Shown: positions 8,130 to 20,272 of the stretch, piece after piece
Layout of the letters: each line of letters starts with the position of its first letter
Numbering within the stretch: the first letter of the stretch is position 1
Assembly: GCA_944358135.1 (NCBI GenBank)
Contig: CALVQN010000003.1
Span: 1 to 32,184, forward strand
DNA from: an uncultured Bacilli bacterium
Lineage (GTDB): Bacteria > Bacillota_I > Bacilli_A > RF39 > UBA660
DNA length: 32,184 nucleotides
Reading direction: 5' to 3'
The notes under the pieces: generated by a model
What the model saw: only the letters and a program-made list of their open reading frames with translations
Told to the model about the DNA's origin: nothing
The model's database searches: none
Program-made: the position numbers and the translations under genes

Positions 8130-9152
8130 TTACTTTCCTTTCTTTTTATTATTTTCCTTCTTCTTTTTCTTATCTTTATGAGGAACAATAATTTGATCTT
8201 TCTTTTCTTCTTTCTCATCTATCTTTTTAAAGACAAAATTTTGAAGAACAACAAATCCATTCGTAGCAATCCAATATAATGCTATCGCTGTAGATAAATA
8301 TAAAGATGCTACCGAAATCATAATAATCATAAATTTAAAGATAAACTGCATTTGTCTCTCCATATCTGCATTACCTGTTTGAGTAGTAGACATAGAATTT
8401 TTAAATGACAAATATGTAGTAAGAATAATAAGTCCAATAATAATGATATAAGCCCATTGATGATACTCAAATAGTCCTTTCATCGGTGTTTGACCTAAAG
8501 TAAGACCCAAGAAAGTATCTTCAAATATTGCAGGAGTTCTATTAATCGCTTGTAAGAAAGCAAAGAATAGAGGAAGTTGAATAAAAGCAAGCAAACAACT
8601 ACCAAAAGGACTAATATTATATTTTTTATATACTAGCATCATCTCTTGAGACTTAGCAAGCATTGATTCATTATCTTTCTTATTTGCATACTTCTTTTCA
8701 ATTCTAGCTATTTCTGGTTGAGCTTTCTTCATATTACTAGATTGTTTCATAGTTTTTCTAGAAATAGGCATTAATATCAAACGAATAGCAAGACCAATCA
8801 ATATAACTGCTAAACCAAAACTATGAATTAAGTAACCCAACTTCATAATTAAGAAAGCAAGAGGTTTAACAAATATACCTTCCCAAATTCCATCAGATTC
8901 ATTACTTGATAAACTAAAATCAGAACATTTTGGCAAATCATCATAATTAATTTTAGTTTGATCTCCATACTCTTGATACAAAGCATCTAACTCTTCATCT
9001 TCTGGCCTACATAATATATCTTTTTGTAAAATCTGACCAGTTTTTTCAAATTCTACTGGAGTTCCATCTTCATTCATAATGTAATTACTATTACCACAAG
9101 CAGTAAGAGAAAATACCAATAAAACTAATATCCCTATTTTAATTTTTTTCAT
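8130..9152 (-). CDS. yidC: YidC/Oxa1/SpoIIIJ membrane protein insertase (lipoprotein)
   Basis: LTAC lipobox, IRLILMP, IQLPLF and ALYW motifs; canonical position. Confidence 0.93.
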   Translation of the reverse strand: MKKIKIGILVLLVFSLTACGNSNYIMNEDGTPVEFEKTGQILQKDILCRPEDEELDALYQEYGDQTKINYDDLPKCSDFSLSSNESDGIWEGIFVKPLAFLIMKLGYLIHSFGLAVILIGLAIRLILMPISRKTMKQSSNMKKAQPEIARIEKKYANKKDNESMLAKSQEMMLVYKKYNISPFGSCLLAFIQLPLFFAFLQAINRTPAIFEDTFLGLTLGQTPMKGLFEYHQWAYIIIIGLIILTTYLSFKNSMSTTQTGNADMERQMQFIFKFMIIMISVASLYLSTAIALYWIATNGFVVLQNFVFKKIDEKEEKKDQIIVPHKDKKKKKENNKKKGK

Positions 9153-9480
9153 TCAAAAACCCTTTCTGTAATAAACGAACAAATTGTTCTTCCATTTCGG
9201 AGTAAGAAAGATCTTTAACTCCCTTTCTTACCATTATAATATAATTATTTGGTTTTGCAAATAAATTTTTATGTTGATCAATTAAACTTCTAAGTTGTCT
9301 TTTTATTTTATTTCGCTCTACAGCATGACCAATCTTTTTACTAACAGCAATTCCAAATTTAGGAAAATCAGTATTTCCATCCTTATAATATATATTATAA
9401 AAACGATTTTTTAAATATTTCCCTGTATTAATTATATCATTAAAATCATCATTTTTCTTAACAATTTCATACTTTTTCAA
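9139..9480 (-). CDS. rnpA: ribonuclease P protein component
   Basis: GIAVSKKIGHAVERNKIKRQLR (RNR motif); TTG start at 9480 is likely from the RBS position. Confidence 0.93.
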   Translation of the reverse strand: MKKYEIVKKNDDFNDIINTGKYLKNRFYNIYYKDGNTDFPKFGIAVSKKIGHAVERNKIKRQLRSLIDQHKNLFAKPNNYIIMVRKGVKDLSYSEMEEQFVRLLQKGFLNEKN

Positions 9481-9522
9481 AAAATCACTTCCTAAGAAAA
9501 AAAATACCACTACAAAAAGTGG

Positions 9523-9645
9523 CTATTTAGATAAAACTTTACGACCTTTTTTACGTCTATTCTTTAAAATATTAGATTCTTTTCTTGAAAAGAATCCATG
9601 TTTTTTAGCTTTTTTACGATTATTTGGTTGAAATGTACTCTTCAT
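9523..9645 (-). CDS. rpmH: 50S ribosomal protein L34 (40 aa; absent from the ORF track)
   Basis: [40 protein letters not shown]; AGGAGG RBS; position next to oriC. Confidence 0.93.
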   Translation of the reverse strand: MKSTFQPNNRKKAKKHGFFSRKESNILKNRRKKGRKVLSK

Positions 9646-9676
9646 ATTAGCACCTCCTTAAAAACTCAGTGGTTTA

Positions 9677-9705
9677 ATTATAATATTTTATTAGTATTTA
9701 GTCAA
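9677..9705 (-). promoter_or_regulatory. sigma-A promoter of the rpmH operon
   Basis: TTGACT-17-TATAAT. Confidence 0.75.
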
Positions 9706-9747
9706 GTTTTTTTAAGGATTTACCTAAAGAGTCAAAAGTTTAATAGA

Positions 9748-10054
9748 TTATCCACTTTTTATAAACATCCCTTACTTACCTTTAATATAAAATGAAAAAT
9801 ATTATCAACAATAAAAAATGCATTAAATGTGAATAAACAAAGAGTTATCCACAATTAACAAAATAGAAGAAATTCCTGTACCAACCGCCTCTTGTGTATC
9901 AAAAACAAAAGTTATCCACATTATCCACAATTTAATACAAAAACTAAAATGTGAATAAAAAAATAAAATTTCTAAAAAATTTGTGGATAGTGTTGATAAA
10001 TACTAAAAAGTAAGGTATTATAAGGATTAATTCATGTGAATAACATGTGAATAA
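9748..10054. other. oriC, upstream DnaA-box cluster
   Basis: Perfect TTATCCACA at 9845, 9912 and 9921; one-mismatch boxes at 9748, 9802, 9828, 9950, 9982, 9991, 10035 and 10046. Confidence 0.92.
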
Positions 10055-10141
10055 AAAAAATTGTTATTTTAGACTTTAAATTACAAAAAAAATGCGATAC
10101 AATTATTGTGTTAAGAGTCCAGACTGTGGGGTGAGGTTTAG

Positions 10142-11488
10142 TTGGGAAAGGAAACATTATTAAAAGAATTTCTAGATAACATTTATAAAGAGATCAATCC
10201 AGCATCTTTCCATGCCTGGTTCAATGATCTGGAAATAGTTAATCTAACAGAAGATAAAATAACATTTAAAGTGCCAATGGAAATTCATAAAAAAATGCTT
10301 GGCGACAACTATTATTCTCTAATAGAAAAAACACTGGCCAATATAACAAATATAAATTATGATATTGAATTTGTTTTAGAAAGCGATATAGAAGCAACAC
10401 CAGAAGAAGTTGTTAGTAAAGAAGAAGTTACTAACAATAATCGAGAAACTAATTTAAATCCAAACCTCAATTTTGATAACTTTGTTGTTGGGGATACAAA
10501 TAGACTTGCTAAAGTAGCTGCAATGGCGGTTGCCGAAGCCCCAGGAAGAATTCACAATCCACTTTTTATTTATGGTAAAAGTGGACTAGGAAAAACACAT
10601 CTAATGCATGCTATAGGCAATTTTATTACACAGAATTCTAACAGAAAAGTTCTATATTGTACCTGTGATGAATTCATGACAGAATATACAAATATAGCAA
10701 ATCCCGACAATGCAAAAAATACTGTCGAATACGCAAATGATTTTAAAAATAAATATCGAAATGTAGATGTATTAATTATTGATGATATCCAGTACTTAGT
10801 TGGTGCGGAAAAAACTCAACAAGAATTCTTCAATACTTTTAATTACCTACATCAATCAAATAAACAAATCATTATTAGTAGTGACCGTTCACCTGAAGAC
10901 TTAAAAATTTTAGAAGAGCGACTTAGAAGTAGATTTATGTGGGGCCTACCTGTAGATATTTATCCCCCTGATTTTGACTTACGATGTCGAATTATCAGAA
11001 AAAAAATAGAAAATACAAGTATAGCTAACCTAATCAAAGAAGAAAGTATCGAATACATTGCTAACGCTTGTCAAAATGATATAAGATTCCTAGAAGGAGC
11101 TGTAAATCGCTTAATGGCTTATACAGCTATGATTGTTCCAAAAACAATTGATCTAGAGTTTACATGCGAAGCATTAAAAGACTTTGTGAATAAAAACATT
11201 TATTCTAACAATAATATCACAAAGATTCAAAAAGCAGTCGCAGATCATTACAACATAACAATAGAAGATTTAAAAGGAAAGAAAAGAAGCAACAAAGTAG
11301 CACATCCAAGACAATTAGCGATGTATTTATGTCGAATAGAAACAGATGAAACTTTCCCGCGAATCGGCTTAGAATTTGGAGGTAGAGATCACTCAACAGT
11401 AATATTTGCTTGTGATAAAATTGAAAAAGAATTACTTGAAAATCATGAATTAGAGCAAACAATAAAAGAAATAAAAGCTAAATTGTAA
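10142..11488 (+). CDS. dnaA: chromosomal replication initiator
   Basis: NPLFIYGKSGLGKTHL, DDIQ, RLRSRF and GGRDHSTV motifs; TTG start. Confidence 0.98.
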   Translation: MGKETLLKEFLDNIYKEINPASFHAWFNDLEIVNLTEDKITFKVPMEIHKKMLGDNYYSLIEKTLANITNINYDIEFVLESDIEATPEEVVSKEEVTNNNRETNLNPNLNFDNFVVGDTNRLAKVAAMAVAEAPGRIHNPLFIYGKSGLGKTHLMHAIGNFITQNSNRKVLYCTCDEFMTEYTNIANPDNAKNTVEYANDFKNKYRNVDVLIIDDIQYLVGAEKTQQEFFNTFNYLHQSNKQIIISSDRSPEDLKILEERLRSRFMWGLPVDIYPPDFDLRCRIIRKKIENTSIANLIKEESIEYIANACQNDIRFLEGAVNRLMAYTAMIVPKTIDLEFTCEALKDFVNKNIYSNNNITKIQKAVADHYNITIEDLKGKKRSNKVAHPRQLAMYLCRIETDETFPRIGLEFGGRDHSTVIFACDKIEKELLENHELEQTIKEIKAKL

Positions 11489-11634
11489 ATAACTTGTGAT
11501 AACATTGTGAATAAACAAACAGTTATAAACAGCAAAATAAGTAAAAAAATGAAGTAAATAAAAGAAAAAAAGAAGTTACAAACATTATCAACACTATTAT
11601 AAATAATAATAATTTTTAGAAAGAAGGAATAAAT
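11489..11634. other. oriC, downstream part (DnaA boxes plus AT-rich unwinding element)
   Basis: Boxes at 11506, 11523 and 11585, the last followed by CTATTATAAATAATAATAAT (DnaA-trio/DUE-like), as in the bipartite Bacillus oriC. Confidence 0.8.
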
Positions 11635-12753
11635 ATGAAATTTACAATTGAAAAAAGTGTAATTTTAGAAGGACTAAGTAATGTAACCAGAGCAATCTCA
11701 ACTAAAAATGTAATCCCAGTATTAAATGGAATAAAATTTGAATTAAAAAATGAAGGATTATATTTAACTGCTAGTGATTCTGAACTAACAATTAAAGTAT
11801 TAATAGAATCTAAAGATATTAAACAAATAAGTAATGTAGGCGGAATTATTATCCAAAGTAAATATATCTTAGATATTGTAAGAAAAATGCCAAGTGATTT
11901 AATCAACTTTGAAGTAATTGATGGATTAAAAATCAAAATCTACACAGATAATAATCAATATAATCTTAATTGTTTAGATATAAATGATTATCCTGATGTA
12001 AAACTTGAGGAAAACAAAGATCCAATTATAATTAATGGCGAAGTATTTAAAACAATTATTAACCAAACAGTATTTGCTATATCTAACCAAGAATTAAGAC
12101 CAATTTTAACAGGTGTAAATTTTAAATTTACAAAAGATGTTTTAGAAACAGTAGCAACCGATTCATATCGTCTAGCTAAAAAGAACATTAAATTATCAAC
12201 ACCTGTAGAAAAAGATGTCGAAATTGTAATTCCAGGTAAAAATATCATGGAACTAGAGCGTATTATTACAGATGACAGTGATATAGAAATGCATATATTT
12301 AATAATAAAGTATTATTTAAATATAAAAATATCAATTTTCAAACCAATTTATTAAGTGGAAACTATCCAAACACATCAAATCTAATTCCAAGTGAATTTG
12401 CTTATATTATAAAAGTAAATAAAAAAGATTTTAATGATGCAATTGATCGTGCAGCACTACTTACCCAAGGAAAAGATAAAAACATTGTAAAAATGACTCT
12501 TGATAACACCAAAATGCTTATCAATTCTTATGCATCAGAAATTGGTAAAGTTGAAGAACAACTAGCAGTAGAAACAAACAATTTAGATCATTTAGAAATC
12601 TCTTTCTCTTCAAAATATATGTTAGAAGCGATCAAAACTTTAGGAGAAGAAGAAATATTATTATTGCTTAACAGTGATGTTAAACCACTAATTATTAAAT
12701 CCTTAACGGATGAATCCTTAATTCAGCTAATTTTACCTATAAAAACATACTAA
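11635..12753 (+). CDS. dnaN: DNA polymerase III beta clamp
   Basis: RPILTG, ATDSYRLA, G.YP and LILPI motifs; follows dnaA. Confidence 0.97.
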   Translation: MKFTIEKSVILEGLSNVTRAISTKNVIPVLNGIKFELKNEGLYLTASDSELTIKVLIESKDIKQISNVGGIIIQSKYILDIVRKMPSDLINFEVIDGLKIKIYTDNNQYNLNCLDINDYPDVKLEENKDPIIINGEVFKTIINQTVFAISNQELRPILTGVNFKFTKDVLETVATDSYRLAKKNIKLSTPVEKDVEIVIPGKNIMELERIITDDSDIEMHIFNNKVLFKYKNINFQTNLLSGNYPNTSNLIPSEFAYIIKVNKKDFNDAIDRAALLTQGKDKNIVKMTLDNTKMLINSYASEIGKVEEQLAVETNNLDHLEISFSSKYMLEAIKTLGEEEILLLLNSDVKPLIIKSLTDESLIQLILPIKTY

Positions 12754-12829
12754 TTCAAATGGTTTTACACCGTTCGACAAAAAAATCCTTTTTCATGTGA
12801 TATAACGTTACATGAAAGGGGGCATTGGT

Positions 12830-13282
12830 ATGCCATATATAATTAATGAAAACACAATTGCACTTTTACCACTTGGTAAAAAAACCAAAATATTAGAGTT
12901 AGGAAGAACTCTAGAAGTCAAGGAAACGGTAATGAAGATTATTGATTATAATTGTTGTTTAAATGGCTCTACTTTAGAAGGAAGAAGAAAAGGTAGTTCA
13001 TATTTAATCGGAGCAAGCTATAAACCACCAATAATCGTCAATGAATTAAAAAGAATAATTTTAATTCCTACTCATTCCAGTAAAAATCCTAATTGTAGTT
13101 GGTTTATCTTAGAAAACATATCCAAATATTATTTAAATGAACAACATCAAGTAACAGTAATCTTTAAAAATGACCAAAAAATTAATTTAAATTTGTGTTA
13201 TACTAACTTTGATAAACAATTTTTTCGAGCCATGCGCTTAGAATCAGCCTTAAGAGGCCAAAAACACACAAAAAACCTTTAA
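12830..13282 (+). CDS. comK: ComK-family competence transcription factor
   Basis: YIINENT, IIDYNC...GSTLEGRR.G...LIG..YKPPII and PTHS..N..C.W are ComK-family features; AAAGGGGG RBS before the ATG at 12830. Confidence 0.8.
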   Translation: MPYIINENTIALLPLGKKTKILELGRTLEVKETVMKIIDYNCCLNGSTLEGRRKGSSYLIGASYKPPIIVNELKRIILIPTHSSKNPNCSWFILENISKYYLNEQHQVTVIFKNDQKINLNLCYTNFDKQFFRAMRLESALRGQKHTKNL

Positions 13283-13297
13283 AAAGGTCTTTTTTTG
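13270..13297 (+). terminator. terminator after comK
   Basis: ACCTTT/AAAGGT stem followed by a T-run; TGATATAAT (recF extended -10) lies just downstream. Confidence 0.5.
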
Positions 13298-13372
13298 TGA
13301 TATAATATAATCAGGTATAGGAGTACGATTATACCACTAATTTTTTTATATCAACAAAGTAGGGGCTAAAAA

Positions 13373-16377
<3,005 letters not shown>

Positions 16378-16387
16378 GAGGTTTTAT

Positions 16388-18838
16388 ATGGATAGATTAG
16401 AACAAAATAACATAGTAACCGAAGTTAAAAAATCATTCTTAGAGTATTCCATGAGTGTAATTGTATCTCGTGCTTTACCAGACTTAAGAGACGGTCTAAA
16501 ACCAGTACATAGAAGAATACTATATGATATGCTTCAAAATGGACTAACTCCTGATAAACAACATCGTAAATCAGCAACCATTGTCGGTGATGTTATGGGT
16601 AAATATCACCCACATGGAGACTCTAGTATTTATGAAGCAATGGTAAGAATGGCTCAAGATTTTAACTATCGTTATATGCTAGTAGATGGTCATGGAAACT
16701 TTGGTAATATTGAGGGTTATGGAGCCGCAGCTTACCGTTACACAGAAGCCAAACTTTCCAAAATTTCTATGGAATTACTTAGGGATATTAACAAAAATAC
16801 CGTTAATTTTAATCCAAACTACGATGAAACAACCAAAGAACCAGAAGTATTACCATCAAGATTTCCTAATATTTTAGTAAATGGAACAATGGGTATTGCT
16901 GTTGGAATGGCAACAAATATTCCACCACATAATCTTGGAGAAGTAATAGATGGCTGTATCGCTTATATAGATAATCCTGATATTGATGTAACAGGTTTAA
17001 TGCAATATATCAAAGGGCCAGATTTTCCAACAGGAGCCCTAATTCTAGGTAATAGTGGTATCAAGAAAGCCTATGAAACAGGACGTGGCACAATCACCAT
17101 TAGAAGTCGTGCTCATATTGAAGAGAAAAATGGTAGACAATATATTATTGTTGATGAAGTACCATATGGGGTAAACACTTTAGAACTTAAAAATAAAGTA
17201 GCAGAACTTGTTCATAATAAAGTTTTAGAGGGAATTACTGACTATCATGCTGATTTAAAAGATGGTATCAAAATTACAATTACATTAAAGAAAGATGCCA
17301 ATGCTGGGGTAATCTTAAATAAATTATATAAGCACACAGCATTTCAAACAACATTTGGTATTATTTTCTTAATGCTAGATAATGGTGTTCCAAAAACTTT
17401 AGGATTAAAAGATATTATTTCAAAATATATTGATTATCAAAAAGAAGTAATAATCAGAAGAACGCAATTTGACCTAGATAAAGCTGAAAAACGTGTTCAT
17501 ATTCTAGAAGGATTAAAAATAGCCTTAGATCATATCGACGCTGTAATTAAACTAATTCGAGCATCAGAATCTGATGAAGAAGCAAAACAAGGTTTAATGA
17601 ACAACTTCAATTTAAGCGATGTTCAAGCAGAAGCAATCCTAGAAATGCGTTTAAGAAGATTAACAGGTTTAGAAAGAGATAAAATTGAAGAAGAATTAAA
17701 TGAATTACTAAAATTAATAGAAGAATTAAGAAGCATTTTAGCTTCTGAAGAAAAGGTTTTAAATATCATTAAAGAAGAACTACTTGAAATTAAAGAAAAA
17801 TATGGTGATAAACGTCGTACAGATATTGATATGACCGCAATTGAATATATTGAAGACGAATCATTAATACCTGAAGAAAATGTGCTTATAGCAATGACAA
17901 ATAAAGGATATATTAAACGTACTACATCAGATACATTTAAAGCTCAAAGACGTGGAGGAATGGGTATAAAAGGTATGACAACTAATGATGAAGACTTTGT
18001 TGAACAAATCATTAATATATCCTCTCATGATCATGTTATGTTCTTTACCAATAAAGGTAAAGTATACCGAATCAAAGGTTATGAAATACCTGAATTTAAC
18101 CGTCAATCCAAAGGACTTCCAATTATTAATTTAATTCCAATCGAAAAAGACGAAACAATTAGTGCAATATTAGGTATATCTTCCAAAGAGGATACAAAAT
18201 ACTTACTATTTGTAACTAAACATGGCCTAGTAAAGAAAACATCAATTGAAGAATTTGCAAACATACGTACGTCAGGAAAAATTTGTATTAATCTAAAAGA
18301 AAGTGATGAATTAATTGCTGTAAAACGTACTAACGGAGATAATTATATATTATTAGGTAGTGAAACAGGTCGAATGGTAAAATTCAAAGAAGATAAAATA
18401 AGAGCAATGGGAAGAACTGCAAGTGGAGTAAAAGGTATTAATTTAGATGGAAGCAAATGTGTATGTGCTGAAGTAGTAAATGAAGATGACAAAATATTGT
18501 TGGTAACTGAAAAAGGATATGGAAAAAAGACATTAGTAAGTGAATTTAGAGAAACAAGCAGAGGAAGTAAAGGTGTAAAAGCTTTAAATATTACTGATAA
18601 AAATGGTAATATAGCCGCCGTAAAAGTTGTTGATGAAGATAAAGAACTTGTAATAATGACAAATACGGGAACAACAATGAGAACGACTTTAGATCAAATA
18701 AATACTTTAGGAAGAGTAACTCAAGGAGTTAGACTAATTCATTTAAAAGATGATCAATATGTTACTACAATTAGTTTAGTAGATAAAGAAGAAGCAGAAG
18801 AAAACATTGATACTTTAGAAGAATCTCCAACTGAATAA
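16388..18838 (+). CDS. gyrA: DNA gyrase subunit A
   Basis: [19 protein letters not shown] and GyrA box QRRGGMG. Confidence 0.98.
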   Translation: MDRLEQNNIVTEVKKSFLEYSMSVIVSRALPDLRDGLKPVHRRILYDMLQNGLTPDKQHRKSATIVGDVMGKYHPHGDSSIYEAMVRMAQDFNYRYMLVDGHGNFGNIEGYGAAAYRYTEAKLSKISMELLRDINKNTVNFNPNYDETTKEPEVLPSRFPNILVNGTMGIAVGMATNIPPHNLGEVIDGCIAYIDNPDIDVTGLMQYIKGPDFPTGALILGNSGIKKAYETGRGTITIRSRAHIEEKNGRQYIIVDEVPYGVNTLELKNKVAELVHNKVLEGITDYHADLKDGIKITITLKKDANAGVILNKLYKHTAFQTTFGIIFLMLDNGVPKTLGLKDIISKYIDYQKEVIIRRTQFDLDKAEKRVHILEGLKIALDHIDAVIKLIRASESDEEAKQGLMNNFNLSDVQAEAILEMRLRRLTGLERDKIEEELNELLKLIEELRSILASEEKVLNIIKEELLEIKEKYGDKRRTDIDMTAIEYIEDESLIPEENVLIAMTNKGYIKRTTSDTFKAQRRGGMGIKGMTTNDEDFVEQIINISSHDHVMFFTNKGKVYRIKGYEIPEFNRQSKGLPIINLIPIEKDETISAILGISSKEDTKYLLFVTKHGLVKKTSIEEFANIRTSGKICINLKESDELIAVKRTNGDNYILLGSETGRMVKFKEDKIRAMGRTASGVKGINLDGSKCVCAEVVNEDDKILLVTEKGYGKKTLVSEFRETSRGSKGVKALNITDKNGNIAAVKVVDEDKELVIMTNTGTTMRTTLDQINTLGRVTQGVRLIHLKDDQYVTTISLVDKEEAEENIDTLEESPTE

Positions 18839-18847
18839 AAGCAAACT

Positions 18848-18877
18848 AACTATCAGAATAATTCTGATAGTTTTTTA
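18848..18877 (+). terminator. terminator after gyrA
   Basis: AACTATCAGAA-TAA-TTCTGATAGTT followed by a T-run. Confidence 0.85.
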
Positions 18878-18952
18878 ATGTTTTAAATTTTTATATCAAA
18901 AGGATGTAAAAATAAAAGTGGATAACTTAAAAAGTATAGGAAAAATAGAAAA

Positions 18953-19690
18953 TGTTTCACGTGAAACTCTCTATAAGCAATTTTAAATAAAAAATGAAGT
19001 AATTAGTAAAAATTAGGCTTGTCAACTAAAAGTGGAATACATCGATTTGAAGTACCAAAATTACAATTTCAGTGCTCAAATTGATAGTTTTATAGATGAA
19101 TTTAACAATTTCATAGCTCAAAACGTACAAATTGGGATTTCATAAATTCGACACAAAAATAATAGAATTTTATAAATAAATATTCACAACGTTTCACGTG
19201 AAACATCAAAAAAAGAATTTTACATAAAAATAAGTTAATAGAAATTTAATATTTAAGATAAGTTCCACGTGAAACATAGAAATGTATTAAAAGAAAAAGA
19301 TAAATTATAAAAAATGTTATAAAAAGTATTTCCTTCATCAAGAAAAGTTATTAACAATGTTTCACGTGAAACATTGTTTAAAAAAATATTTGGTAAAATA
19401 ATTAAAAAAAGTACTAATAATATGCCATGTCAACTAAAAGTGGAATATATCGATTTTGAGTACCAAAATTGCAATTTCAGTAGTCAAATTGATAATTTCG
19501 TAGATGAATTTAACAATTTCATAGTTCAAATCGTATAAATTGGAATTTCATAAATTCGACATAATAATATAGCAATTTTTATAAAGAAGTTATCCACAAT
19601 GTTTCACGTGAAACATTAAAATAGCTAATACAGAAATCTAAATAGCAAATTATTATAAAAAAGTATATGTTCCACGTGAAACATATACTT
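18953..19690. other. cluster of six parS sites
   Basis: GTT(T/C)CACGTGAAAC 16-mers at 18953, 19190, 19261, 19358, 19600 and 19668, matching the Spo0J/ParB consensus. Confidence 0.93.
19020..19615 (+). repeat. ~186-bp imperfect direct repeat (19020-19205 and 19428-19615)
   Basis: Both copies begin TGTCAACTAAAAGTGGAATA, share TAGATGAATTTAACAATTTCATAG and CATAAATTCGACA, and end in a parS. Confidence 0.9.
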
Positions 19691-19717
19691 GCATTTTATC
19701 CTAAAGTATGATAAATT
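19689..19717 (+). promoter_or_regulatory. sigma-A promoter of SRP RNA
   Basis: TTGCAT-17-TAAATT with TG extension. Confidence 0.55.
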
Positions 19718-19723
19718 ATATAT

Positions 19724-19797
19724 GTGCAACAAATATATTGTAACCTGGTCAGGACTGGAAAGTAGCAGCCACATCAATCCCTATTTGTGTGCACTTT
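19724..19797 (+). ncRNA. ffs: signal recognition particle RNA, small (4.5S-type)
   Basis: GGTCAGGACT-GGAA-AGTAGCAGCC helix-8 motif inside a GTGCA..CAAATA/TATTTG..TGCAC stem; next to tadA-dnaX. Confidence 0.88.
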
Positions 19798-19813
19798 TTT
19801 ATTGGGTGATAAT

Positions 19814-20239
19814 ATGGAAGAAAAATATTTTAAACTATTAATAAAGTTAGCTGAAAGAGCTGTTAAACATAATGAAGTGCCAATAAGTGCAATTATTGTT
19901 AAAAACAACAAGATACTTGCAAAAGCATATAATAAAAGAGAAAGAAAACATGATGTTTTAAATCATGCGGAAGTGATTGCTATAAAAAAAGCAAGTAAAA
20001 AATTAAAAGATTGGAAACTATTTGATTGTGATCTATATGTCACTTTAAAACCATGTAGTATTTGTGAAAATATAATAAAACAATCAAGAATTAAAAATGT
20101 TTATTATTTATTAGAAAAGTTAGAAAATAAAAAAGAATATAATAAAACAAAATTTATAAAAAAAAACAATTGTACGTATGAACAAATATATGAATACATT
20201 TTGCATGATTTTTTTAAAAAGAAAAGAGACAAAAAATAG
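19814..20239 (+). CDS. tadA: tRNA adenosine deaminase
   Basis: EVPI, HAE and PC..C zinc motifs; likely start ATG 19814. Confidence 0.88.
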   Translation: MEEKYFKLLIKLAERAVKHNEVPISAIIVKNNKILAKAYNKRERKHDVLNHAEVIAIKKASKKLKDWKLFDCDLYVTLKPCSICENIIKQSRIKNVYYLLEKLENKKEYNKTKFIKKNNCTYEQIYEYILHDFFKKKRDKK

Positions 20240-20272
20240 AGGAATATGATATAATGTTAAGGGGTGGATAAT

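Noticed and set aside
9598-9795. 65-aa plus-strand ORF
   Set aside because: Overlaps rpmH, its promoter and DnaA boxes; spurious.
16600-16660. Quinolone-resistance substitutions in GyrA
   Set aside because: HGDSSIYE retains the wild-type Ser and Glu.
19020-19153. Insertion sequence or MITE call for the duplicated unit
   Set aside because: Only 4 bp of terminal symmetry, no transposase and no clear target-site duplication; kept as an unexplained repeat.
18953-19690. CRISPR array
   Set aside because: The repeats are 16-bp parS palindromes at irregular spacing, and there are no cas genes.
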